Assembly: GCA_034520945.1 (NCBI GenBank)
Contig: JAXHNB010000008.1
Location: forward strand, 64,001 to 128,000
Origin: Trueperaceae bacterium
GTDB taxonomy: Bacteria > Deinococcota > Deinococci > Deinococcales > Trueperaceae
DNA length: 64,000 nucleotides
Direction of reading: 5' to 3'
The notes below the pieces were generated by a model, which worked only from the letters and a program-made list of their open reading frames with translations, had not been told where the DNA came from and ran no database searches. Positions 19,464 to 27,713 of this stretch are shown here, piece after piece. Position numbers and translations under genes: made by a program. The number at the start of each line of letters is the position of its first letter. Position 1 is the stretch's first letter.

Positions 19464-20643
19464 CGGTGTCCCTTCGCTCGAGCCAGGCGTGGAGGTCTTC
19501 CTCGTACATGGGAGGGGCCAAGTGGTACCCCTGAGCGGCATCGCAGCCCAACTCGGTCAGGTACGCGAATACCTCGGCGTCCTCGACCCCTTCGGCGGTC
19601 ACGCGCAGACCGAGCCCGTGCGCCAGGCTGACGGTCGCGCGGACGATGGTTCGCGACTCGCGCGAGGTGGCCGCGTTCATGACGAAGCGGCGGTCGATCT
19701 TCAGCTCGGAGAACGGCTGTCGCGCCAGTTGCGTCAAGGTGGAGTGGCCCGTTCCGAAGTCGTCGATCGCCAGTCCGACGCCCTTGATGCGCAAGCGGGT
19801 GAGGATCGCCAACGCCTCCACCTCGTCGTCCGGCGTGGCGGTCTCCGTCAACTCCAGCACGACCCGGGCCAGGGCGATCCGATGCGTGGCGCAGAGACGT
19901 TCCAACCGGTCGACGATCGTGGCGTCCGTGAGGGACCGCGCCGATAGGTTCAACGCGACGTGCGTGGTGCCGTTCGGGTCCGTGCGTGCCAGCCAAGCCA
20001 GCGCCGTGCCGAACACGTGGTCGCTCAAGGCGTCGATCAGACCCTCGCGCTCGGCCAGCGGCACGAAGACGTCGGGCGGTACCACGCCGAGGGTCGGGTG
20101 GTGCCATCGCGCCAGGGCCTCGAATCCCAGCACGGCCCCTCCGGCGCAGGCGATCTTCGGCTGGTACGCCACGCCGATCTGCCTCGATTCCAGCGAGGCG
20201 CGAAGGGCCGCCACGTCGGGGCGGCCGCGCACCTGCGCCTCCGTGGCGCCGCCGCTCGTGGCGCCCGCGTGGACGGCGAGCAACGCGTGCAACGCCCGGG
20301 CCTCGAACGGCTTTGGCAGCGTGCCTGCGAGGCGCAAGCCGTGTTCCACGGCGCTTTGCCGCGCCGCCTCGAGAACTCGGCGTTCTAGCCCACTCGACAG
20401 AATCACGGAGCCCGCGTAGCCGTGGTCGGCCAACCGCCGCAGAACCTCGATCCCGTCCGTGCCAGGCATGTCGAGGTCCAGAACGACGTGGCTGGCGTCC
20501 GATGTCCGCAACGCGTCCCAGAACGCCTCGAATCGCGACGTCACCTGGACGGGGTAGCCCGCGTCCTCGACGATCATGCCGATCGTCGCGCCGACGAGCT
20601 CGTCGTCGTCCAGGACCAGGACATGGCTGGCGGGTTCGGTCAC
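19441..20643 (-). CDS. Response regulator with REC + EAL c-di-GMP phosphodiesterase domain
   Basis: VLDDD, LDLDMPGTDG, KPF; YQPKI, FEALARW, ELTET, IDDFGTG, ELKIDR, AEGVE, AQGY. Confidence 0.95.
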   Translation of the reverse strand: MTEPASHVLVLDDDELVGATIGMIVEDAGYPVQVTSRFEAFWDALRTSDASHVVLDLDMPGTDGIEVLRRLADHGYAGSVILSSGLERRVLEAARQSAVEHGLRLAGTLPKPFEARALHALLAVHAGATSGGATEAQVRGRPDVAALRASLESRQIGVAYQPKIACAGGAVLGFEALARWHHPTLGVVPPDVFVPLAEREGLIDALSDHVFGTALAWLARTDPNGTTHVALNLSARSLTDATIVDRLERLCATHRIALARVVLELTETATPDDEVEALAILTRLRIKGVGLAIDDFGTGHSTLTQLARQPFSELKIDRRFVMNAATSRESRTIVRATVSLAHGLGLRVTAEGVEDAEVFAYLTELGCDAAQGYHLAPPMYEEDLHAWLERRDTDAPNVDA

Positions 20644-20895
20644 GGGCGTGCCGCGTCCATCCGCTCGACGCGTGCCCAGGTGAGGAAGCGGATTCGGTGC
20701 GGTTTACCGCCCCACGGCATGGGGCATTATGAATCAGGTCGGCGTCGCACGTGTCGGATCCCCTTCGTTCGGTGGCGCAGGCGACATCAGATCGTAGGTT
20801 CGCCCAACCTTTGGGGCGCGGCACATCGGCGCCTCCTCTGGCCCCAGCGTCATGGTCTGCTCGGTCGGTCAGAAGATCGGAATGATTCCGAGCTA

Positions 20896-20934
20896 TTGAC
20901 ACCGTTGCGCCCCACATATACCCTAGGGGGGTAT
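20896..20934 (+). promoter_or_regulatory. Sigma70 promoter (TTGACA-N17-TACCCT) with overlapping CsoR/RcnR-type operator ATACCCTAGGGGGGTAT
   Basis: Consensus -35 at 20896, -10 at 20919; TAC-C-tract/G-tract-GTA pseudo-palindrome typical of CsoR family boxes. Confidence 0.75.
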
Positions 20935-20972
20935 CGTTCGGGCGCAAGCGAGCGCCCCCAAGGAGGACGACC

Positions 20973-21641
20973 ATGTCCGAAATCAGCGAAGCCCCCACCA
21001 CGAACGTTGCAGGCCTGCCCCGCCTGAACGAGCCCGCGCCTGCTTTCACGGCGCAGACCACGCAGGGCCAACTCTCTTTGACCGACTACCGAGGTAAGTG
21101 GGTGGTGCTGTTCAGCCACCCGGCCGACTTCACCCCGGTGTGCTCGACGGAGTTCATGGCCTTCGCCCATCATGCCGACGACTTCAGTCAGCGCGACACG
21201 CAGCTGATCGGCCTGTCGATCGACTCGGTGCACGCGCACCTCGCCTGGTTGCGCGATCTCGAGGAGATGTCCGGCGTCGAAGTGCCCTTCCCGGTGATCG
21301 CCGACCTGGATATGAAGGTCGCGCACGCCTTCGGGATGATCCATCCCGGCGCGTCGCAGACCGCGGCGGTGCGCGCGGTGTTCCTGATCGATCCCGAGGG
21401 GATCCTGCGCGGGATGCTGTACTACCCGCTCAGCGTCGGTCGCAGCATCCCCGAGATCCTGCGCTTCCTCGACGCCCTCCGCTTCAGCGACGAGCAGGGC
21501 ATGAGCACGCCCGCCGACTGGAATCCGGGCGACCCCGCCATCGTCGGCGCACCCAAGACGATGGACGAGATCCGGGCGGACGATCCAAGCAAGTACCACG
21601 AGTTCCGGCGTTGGTACTTGCGCTTGAACGAAGCGGCCTGA
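20973..21641 (+). CDS. Peroxiredoxin (Prx6/1-Cys type)
   Basis: FSHPADFTPVCSTEF, VRAVFLIDP, YP..VGR, TPADW; AGGAGG RBS. Confidence 0.95.
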   Translation: MSEISEAPTTNVAGLPRLNEPAPAFTAQTTQGQLSLTDYRGKWVVLFSHPADFTPVCSTEFMAFAHHADDFSQRDTQLIGLSIDSVHAHLAWLRDLEEMSGVEVPFPVIADLDMKVAHAFGMIHPGASQTAAVRAVFLIDPEGILRGMLYYPLSVGRSIPEILRFLDALRFSDEQGMSTPADWNPGDPAIVGAPKTMDEIRADDPSKYHEFRRWYLRLNEAA

Positions 21642-21669
21642 CCGCCCGCGTCGACCCCGAAACGGATGC

Positions 21670-21706
21670 GCGACCTGGCGCCGTGAACATAGCGGCGCCA
21701 GGTCGC
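21670..21706 (+). terminator. 14-bp perfect hairpin downstream of the peroxiredoxin
   Basis: GCGACCTGGCGCCG-N9-CGGCGCCAGGTCGC. Confidence 0.75.
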
Positions 21707-21858
21707 CGTCGTTCGTTCGGTTACGCCGTGCGGGAGGAGCACGACCGGGCGTGACGAGCAGATCGAGCGCTCCCTGGGCCGGCTGCGGGAAGGTGCCATC
21801 GCAACGGCGTCACGTCGGACACCGTTGTACAGTGAGGGACGATAGGTGGGTGGTTCCG

Positions 21859-22896
21859 ATGAGTTCCAGTGCCGATCGCCGAGCTGCCGTCGCCGCCGTC
21901 GCGCAACGCACGACGGCACGTCTCTACGAACGCTTTCCCTCACTGACGGATCGGTACGGAGACGCGGGCCGGGCTCGTTGCGAAGAGGACGTTCGCTTTC
22001 ACGCCGGGTACCTGCTGGCGGCCGTCCGAAACGATTCGAGCGACTACTTCCGGAGTTACGTGCGGTGGTCGCGTCAGTTGCTGGCGGGGTACGGCATGGA
22101 CGCCGATATGCTCGAGGCCACCCTCGAGGTTCTCGGCGAGGAGGTCCGGTCCGAGCCCGTGCTGGTGCGTGACCGCGAGCGCGCCCTCGCGGCAGCCCTC
22201 GAGGCAGGGATCGCGGCGCTGCATGATGCCAACGACGAGGATGTGCTGGGCCCTGCCGTGTCGCGTGCGTTGGTCGCGCCGGCCTCGTTTGCGCAGGAAC
22301 TGATCCGCGAGCCGTCCCCGCAACTGTGGCGCCGCCTCGAAGCCGAGCTCGTGGAGGGGCGCAGCTACGAAGACGTCGCGGTCGGCATGATCGAGCCGGC
22401 AATGTACCAGGTCGGGCTTCTGTGGCAACAGGGCGAGATCTCGGTCGCGCTCGAACACCTGGCGACCAGCAAGGCGTCGTTGCTGTTGACGCGCGCATTC
22501 GCGGTGGCCAGCACGGACGCGTCGCTGGGCGAGCGGCGGGCCGTCTTCGCGGCGGTGGAGGGGAACCGCCATTCGATGGGGTTGCGGATGATCGCGGACA
22601 CCTTCTCGCTTCACGGCTGGGACGCCGACTACTTGGGCGCGGACGTCCCCGTTCGTGACCTGTTGACGCATGTCGACGCGGTTCGACCGGAACTCCTCGG
22701 CCTCGCCGCTACCATGCCGAACGACCTGGAGCGGATGGCGGACGTCATCGAGCGCGTCCGGCACGAATTCGGCCCCCAGGCGCCGCAGATCCTGGTCGGG
22801 GGCCTTCCGTTGCGCGAGATGCGCGACGCGTGGCGCGCGCTCGGCGCCGACGCTTGGGCCGCCGATGCCAGGGAGGCGGTCGATGCCGCCGGATGA
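21859..22896 (+). CDS. Phycobiliprotein-like globin domain fused to a CarH-type cobalamin-binding photoreceptor domain
   Basis: N-term LYERFP..RYG...RCEED (globin/phycocyanin-like, C41-x2-D44); W-x9-EH (WQQGEISVALEH); NRHSMG, LGADVP, LVGG B12 Rossmann motifs; no DNA-binding domain. Confidence 0.88.
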   Translation: MSSSADRRAAVAAVAQRTTARLYERFPSLTDRYGDAGRARCEEDVRFHAGYLLAAVRNDSSDYFRSYVRWSRQLLAGYGMDADMLEATLEVLGEEVRSEPVLVRDRERALAAALEAGIAALHDANDEDVLGPAVSRALVAPASFAQELIREPSPQLWRRLEAELVEGRSYEDVAVGMIEPAMYQVGLLWQQGEISVALEHLATSKASLLLTRAFAVASTDASLGERRAVFAAVEGNRHSMGLRMIADTFSLHGWDADYLGADVPVRDLLTHVDAVRPELLGLAATMPNDLERMADVIERVRHEFGPQAPQILVGGLPLREMRDAWRALGADAWAADAREAVDAAG

Positions 22897-23905
22897 CGTG
22901 ACGCGCCGACAGGATGTATCGACGGCGGCAGACCTGGTCCCGTACCTCGGGGAGGAACGATGGCTCGCGCTGCTCGAGCCGTTCTCGGCGGTGGTGTTCG
23001 GCGTCCTCGACGACGAGAGTCGCGTCGTGCGCACGAACCGGGGTTTCGACGCCCTGCTCGGACGGGGGGACGACACCTCGCCCGACGAGCGCTTGGCGTC
23101 GCGATTCGTCCAACCGACGTTCGCGGACCTTCGCGACGCCGAGCCCGACGAGAAGGCCGCGACGTTCCGCGGAATCCTGACGGTGCTGGACGAACGCGGC
23201 CGAAGCCACTCGGTGAACGGCGTGGCGCTGCGATTCGACACCGTCGTCATCGTGCTCGCCGAGCATGACGTGGCCGAGTACCGCACCATGTTCGAAGAGA
23301 TGCTCGAACTCAACGAGGAGCTCTCTCAGACGCACCGCGAGCTGATTCGGGCCCAGCGCGAACTGAAACGCCAGCGCGACCTTCTCGAGCACGAGTCGAC
23401 GACGGACGAGCTGACCGGCCTGCGCAACCGCAGGTTCCTGATGGAGCGAATGGGCGACGAGATCGCCCGCGCCGAGCGCCGTGACGTACCGCTCACGGTG
23501 GTGGCCTTCGACATCGATACGTTCAAAGCGGTCAACGACACCTTCGGTCACGCGGCTGGCGACGATGCCCTCAAGGCCGTGGCCGACGTGTTCCGGACCG
23601 AGAGTCGGGCCTACGACGTCGTCGGCCGGATGGGCGGCGACGAGTTCATCGCGGTGCTGCCCGATACGGCGCTCGACGACGCCGTCGCCTTGGCGGAACG
23701 GCTGTGCGCGGGCGTGCGCGACGTCGAGCTTTCGAGCGTGCCTCGAGGGCTGACCGCCAGCTTCGGCGTGGCGGCCCGCCGCAGCGGCGACGACCTGCAC
23801 GGGCTGCTCCGGCGGGCCGACCGGGCCCTGTACCGAGCCAAGAGGGCCGGAAGGAATCGCGTGCATGCCTTCGCCGGCGAGGACGACGCGGAGGCGGACA
23901 CGTGA
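22883..23905 (+). CDS. Diguanylate cyclase (PAS-like + coiled coil + GGDEF)
   Basis: TDELTGLRNRR, DIDTFKAVNDTFGH..GD, RAYD I-site, RMGGDEF, ADRALYRAK..GRN; overlaps the upstream gene. Confidence 0.95.
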   Translation: MPPDDVTRRQDVSTAADLVPYLGEERWLALLEPFSAVVFGVLDDESRVVRTNRGFDALLGRGDDTSPDERLASRFVQPTFADLRDAEPDEKAATFRGILTVLDERGRSHSVNGVALRFDTVVIVLAEHDVAEYRTMFEEMLELNEELSQTHRELIRAQRELKRQRDLLEHESTTDELTGLRNRRFLMERMGDEIARAERRDVPLTVVAFDIDTFKAVNDTFGHAAGDDALKAVADVFRTESRAYDVVGRMGGDEFIAVLPDTALDDAVALAERLCAGVRDVELSSVPRGLTASFGVAARRSGDDLHGLLRRADRALYRAKRAGRNRVHAFAGEDDAEADT

Positions 23906-24210
23906 TCATGGTGGTGTCGCGCATCCGCATCGTCGCGGGCGATCCCGACGCGGTCGAACGGCAGTACCGCGAACGCGTGGGCCACGTCGATCGCGCCGAC
24001 GGCTTCCTCGGCATGGAGGTTCTGCGCGACCAGGACGATCCGGCGTCGTTCTGGGTGCAGGTGCGCTTCCGGGACCGCGCCGCGTACGACCGCTACAAAA
24101 GGAGCGACGCGTTTCGCGACGCGCACGCTCGCCTCGCCCTTCAGGACGAGAAGGTCCGAATCGACCCCGACGCGTACGACGTGCACGTGCTCGATGTCGT
24201 GGCTCGCTGA
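23902..24210 (+). CDS. ABM-family monooxygenase, IsdG/HmoA/MhuD-like (heme-binding)
   Basis: About 100 aa; GFLGMEVLR, S-x-x-F-x-x-AH (SDAFRDAH) with the heme-ligand His; GTGA overlap with the GGDEF gene. Confidence 0.8.
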   Translation: MIMVVSRIRIVAGDPDAVERQYRERVGHVDRADGFLGMEVLRDQDDPASFWVQVRFRDRAAYDRYKRSDAFRDAHARLALQDEKVRIDPDAYDVHVLDVVAR

Positions 24211-24913
24211 GCTTCGGGGCGATACGGCCGAGGCGTTCGCCTCGCTGCAGGCTTCGGCGCCGGCGTCGCTTCCAGACGAACTGTCGGAACGCCACGGCCG
24301 CCTCGGGTCGGCCTCGGCCACCATGCGGACCGAAGCGTGGCGCGGACCCGTCCTCGCCTGGGCACGCTGCGCCCGCCTCGACGCGCCACCTCGCAGCCGC
24401 GTCCTGTCGGTGCTGACGCTGCCCGACCCGAGCTATGACCTGCCGATGTTCGGTGCCGAGATCGTCGAGATCGGCGGGACCGTCACTGTCGTCGCGATCG
24501 ATTGGATTCCGGTCGCGCCGGACGGGCGTCACCTGGCGCCCCTGGCGGACGTGCGCGAGCGCCATCGCGACTTGCCGGAGGGGGGCGAGCTCCCCGCCTG
24601 GGCGGCCGCATGGTTCTCGCCCCATGCGATCTTCTCGCGACCGGCAGGCACGGTGTCGATCGACGGGATCGTGCACGCCTACCGGGACGCGCTCGGCGCC
24701 TACGTCGGCACCTGCCGTGACGCCGAGCCGGCCGGCGACCCGGTCGCGACCTGGGAGGCGCAGCGCCGCTACTGCGACGCGCACCGACGCGACGATCCGG
24801 GCAGCGCCATGCTGGCGCGGGCGTTCGGTGCGGCGTGGAGCGAGCGGTACGCGGAGGACGTCCTGTTTCCCGTGGCGCGCCCTCCCAACGGGGATGGCTG
24901 GTCTTCGTCGTAA
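24194..24913 (+). CDS. Ferredoxin-dependent bilin reductase (PcyA/PebA/PebB/HY2 superfamily), divergent
   Basis: PDPSYDLPMFGAEIV, AIDWIP, ELPAWAAAWFSP..IFSRP, QRRY...DDPG..ML.RAFG..W...Y...VLF. Confidence 0.85.
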   Translation: MSWLAELRGDTAEAFASLQASAPASLPDELSERHGRLGSASATMRTEAWRGPVLAWARCARLDAPPRSRVLSVLTLPDPSYDLPMFGAEIVEIGGTVTVVAIDWIPVAPDGRHLAPLADVRERHRDLPEGGELPAWAAAWFSPHAIFSRPAGTVSIDGIVHAYRDALGAYVGTCRDAEPAGDPVATWEAQRRYCDAHRRDDPGSAMLARAFGAAWSERYAEDVLFPVARPPNGDGWSSS

Positions 24914-24997
24914 TTCAGCGCCGACCCTTCATGCCCGTCTCGGTGACGTGACGGTGGCACTCTGCGTGCCATGATTGGTGGCAGAGGAGGTTGGCTC

Positions 24998-25261
24998 ATG
25001 CCGGCAACTTCGAAGAAGAATCTGCATGTTCCGCTGCCGCCGGAGCTTCATTCGGCCCTGAAGGAGCAGTCGAACCGCCTTCGAACGCCCGCTACGACCC
25101 TTGCTCGTGAGGCGATCGAGGAGTGGATTCGCCTTCGCAAGCGGGAACAGGTCGCTCAGGAACTCCGCGCATACGCCGATGAGATGGCGGGGACCGACGC
25201 GGACGTGGATCCGGCCTGGGAGGATGCGGGCGTCGACTCGTGGCTCGAGAACGACCCTTGA
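24998..25261 (+). CDS. RHH-type antitoxin
   Basis: KKNLHVPLPPELH...TTLAREAIEEW; GAGGAGG RBS; TGGCAC-N5-GTGCCA repeat upstream; coupled to a toxin. Confidence 0.8.
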   Translation: MPATSKKNLHVPLPPELHSALKEQSNRLRTPATTLAREAIEEWIRLRKREQVAQELRAYADEMAGTDADVDPAWEDAGVDSWLENDP

Positions 25262-25608
25262 GGCGGGGCGAGGTTCATTGGGTGAATCTTCACCCGAGGA
25301 CCGGAAGTGAGCAGCGTGGGCACCGTCCGGCCGTGATCGTGTCCCACGATGTGTTCAACGTGCACCCGAGGTGGAACAGCTTGATCGTCGTCCCCATGAG
25401 CACGTCACAACGGCAGCTTCGCAATCAAGGGTCTTCGGTACGGATCGAGGCCGGGGAGAGCGGCCTACGCCGTACTTCCGTGGCGCTGTGCCACCAGGTC
25501 ACGACCATCGACCGCAGCAAGGTAGGTCAACCGGTGGGGATGCTCTCCTTGGCTGCGCTGCAACGGGTGGAGGACGGGTTGCGGGCGGCGTTGGACCTGC
25601 TGCCATGA
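25258..25608 (+). CDS. mazF: PemK/MazF family toxin
   Basis: RRGEVHWVNL.P..GSEQRGHRPAVIVS, VVPMST, CHQVTTIDRS. Confidence 0.92.
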   Translation: MRRGEVHWVNLHPRTGSEQRGHRPAVIVSHDVFNVHPRWNSLIVVPMSTSQRQLRNQGSSVRIEAGESGLRRTSVALCHQVTTIDRSKVGQPVGMLSLAALQRVEDGLRAALDLLP

Positions 25609-25671
25609 GGCGTTGGGACCAATGGGCGCCCGCTTGATCCGTTCGCACGGCTTCCCGCGCCGTGCGACAAG

Positions 25672-26982
25672 CTACTCGACCACGTCGTGAACGAGGTTTC
25701 GAACGCCGTGGGCGGAGGCGTGGCCGTCGGTCCGCGCCGGCCGATGGGGGTCCACGCCGCGGTCGCTGACCAAACCCTCCAACAGCCGCACCGCCCGCTG
25801 GGCCCCGCCGGCCGCCCTGAAGGCCTCCGCGACCCGTTCCGCCGCGGGCTTGCGTGAGCGGGCGTCACGCACGGCCGCGCGCAGGCGTTCGGGCGTGAGC
25901 TTGGCCTTCGGGACCATCACGCCTGCGCCGCAGTGCTCGGCGCGGCGGGCGGACTCGCTCTGGTCGCGTCCCCAGGGCACGACGCACACCGGCACGCCGG
26001 CGGCGAGGGCGCGCTGCACGGTGCCCATGCCGCCGTGCGTCACGACGGCGTCGACCTCGGGGATCACCGCGGCGTGTGGCAGGAAGCGGGTGATGCGAAC
26101 CCGGTCGTGCGGCGGCTGGAACGTGGACGGGTCCAGGGCGGAGGTGGTGACGATCACGCTGCCGGGTTCGTCGGCGAGTGCCTCGAGCGCGGTGGCGACG
26201 ATCGCGCCATCGTCCTGCAGCTCCGTCGACACGCTTACCAGAACGCGTGGGCGGGGAAGCTCGTGGAGCCAGGCGGGGGCCTCGCCGGGTGGGGCCCATA
26301 GGCCCGGGCCGATCGCGTGGAGATTCGCCGGCCAGTTGCTGCGCCGGTACTCGAACGGCTCGGCGGTGCGGTAGAGCAGCAGGTCGGCGCGGTCGAATAG
26401 CTCGAAGTGGCGGCGCAGCGGTGGGACGCCGAGCTCGGCGCGGAGCTGGTTCAGGCCGCGGGTGGACCCGCGGACCGCGCCCAGCATGGCGCGCCAGACG
26501 GCGCGGTCGCGAAGGCGGTGCAACGCGTGTCGGGGCGGCGCGAAGCCGGGACCGAACGCGGGCGTGTCGGGCGAGGGGACGGGCAGGGCGTACGGCAGGA
26601 ACATCGCCCAGGGGCGCCCCTGCGCCTCGGCGAACGCTGCGGCGCCCCAGGTGTTGGCGTCGATGATCAGCAGGTCGGGCGCGATCTCGGCGCTGGCGGC
26701 GCGCAGGTCGTCGACCTCGTGCGGTGCTCGCGCCAGCCAGCAGCGGAAGGCGGCCTGGACCTGCTTCAGTGGGCTGGAGGCGCGGTAGTCCTCCAAGGTC
26801 GTGGCTTCGATGGCCGGGGCGATCGGGCGGTGCTGCAGGCCTTCGCCCTCGACGCGCTCGCGTTCGGCGGCCAGCGTTTGGACCGTCACGTGGTGGCCGG
26901 CTTCGCGTAGCGCCACGGCCACGTCCATCATCGGGTAGAGGTGCCCGCGGGCGGGGGAGGTGTAGATCAGGACTCGGGGCAT
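25672..26982 (-). CDS. GT1 glycosyltransferase (MGT/UDP-glycosyltransferase-like)
   Basis: PARGHLYP; FLPHAAVIP..DAVVTHGGMGT...GVP..VVPWGRDQ UGT signature. Confidence 0.92.
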   Translation of the reverse strand: MPRVLIYTSPARGHLYPMMDVAVALREAGHHVTVQTLAAERERVEGEGLQHRPIAPAIEATTLEDYRASSPLKQVQAAFRCWLARAPHEVDDLRAASAEIAPDLLIIDANTWGAAAFAEAQGRPWAMFLPYALPVPSPDTPAFGPGFAPPRHALHRLRDRAVWRAMLGAVRGSTRGLNQLRAELGVPPLRRHFELFDRADLLLYRTAEPFEYRRSNWPANLHAIGPGLWAPPGEAPAWLHELPRPRVLVSVSTELQDDGAIVATALEALADEPGSVIVTTSALDPSTFQPPHDRVRITRFLPHAAVIPEVDAVVTHGGMGTVQRALAAGVPVCVVPWGRDQSESARRAEHCGAGVMVPKAKLTPERLRAAVRDARSRKPAAERVAEAFRAAGGAQRAVRLLEGLVSDRGVDPHRPARTDGHASAHGVRNLVHDVVE

Positions 26983-27554
26983 GGTGCCTCCAGCACGCCC
27001 CGGACCAGGCGCGTCATCACGCTGCGGGCCTGCGCTGGCGACCGTCCCAGGTCCAGGCGCAGCAACTTCCACAGGTAGAGGTCGGTGGCGGCCACGAGGG
27101 CGTCGATCGTGCCGCGCTCGCGGTCGGGGAGGCGCGGGGCGAAGGTGCGCTGGACCCACGCCCGGTGCACCTCGCGCCCCTGCTGGGCGGCGCGCTGTGC
27201 CAGCGCCTCGCCGCTGCGCTCTTGGGCGAGCAGGTTCAGCACCAGCCGACCTTCCGCCTCGTAGTGTTCGAGGAGGTCACCGATGGCCGCGTCGACGTCG
27301 CCGGGCGCGCTGCGGCTTCGCTGCGCCTCGACGCGGGCGGCGACGCGGTGGCCGACGGCGTCGATGCAGCCGTCGCGCGAGCCCATGTGGCGCAGCACCG
27401 TCTGTACGCTCACGCCGGCGCCGTCGGCGATGGCCTGCAGCGTGACCTCGCCGATGGGGTGAGCGGCCAGCAGCGCCTCGGCGCTGGCGGCGATGCGCTC
27501 GGCGGTGCGCTCGGTACGGCGGGCGCGGTGGGTCATGTCGTAGACGCGGGGCAC
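26967..27554 (-). CDS. TetR/AcrR family regulator
   Basis: TLQAIADGAGVSVQTVLRHMGSRDG HTH; GGAGGAGG RBS before GTG. Confidence 0.9.
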   Translation of the reverse strand: MPRVYDMTHRARRTERTAERIAASAEALLAAHPIGEVTLQAIADGAGVSVQTVLRHMGSRDGCIDAVGHRVAARVEAQRSRSAPGDVDAAIGDLLEHYEAEGRLVLNLLAQERSGEALAQRAAQQGREVHRAWVQRTFAPRLPDRERGTIDALVAATDLYLWKLLRLDLGRSPAQARSVMTRLVRGVLEAPCPES

Positions 27555-27590
27555 GTCGACCTCCTCCTCTCGGCGCTTCGGGGCGCGAGG

Positions 27591-27626
27591 TATTGATGTT
27601 AAGCGGATCCACATTTCGTGTCAATA
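27591..27626 (-). promoter_or_regulatory. Sigma70 promoter TTGACA-N17-TAACAT flanked by a TATTGA/TCAATA inverted repeat (probable TetR operator)
   Basis: Read directly on the minus strand upstream of tetR. Confidence 0.7.
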
Positions 27627-27713
27627 GGGGTCACACGACTTCGTGCGTGTCGCCAGGCGACGCGCGTGTCACGGACACGAACGGCGCACGCGGAGGCACG
27701 TACACTGAGGCTG

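Noticed and set aside
18911..21061. Long alternative-frame ORFs (e.g. 18911-21061, 38645-40900, 56489-58447, 60297-62195)
   Set aside because: Arg/Ala/Pro-rich shadow ORFs overlapping well-supported genes, expected in high-GC DNA.
21859..22896. Calling this carH or a corrinoid methyltransferase protein
   Set aside because: There is no MerR HTH and no carotenoid genes nearby; the W-x9-EH motif and globin fusion argue against a methyltransferase corrinoid protein.
24194..24913. Assigning pcyA, pebA or pebB
   Set aside because: Catalytic positions do not cleanly match any one subfamily; a phylogeny is needed.
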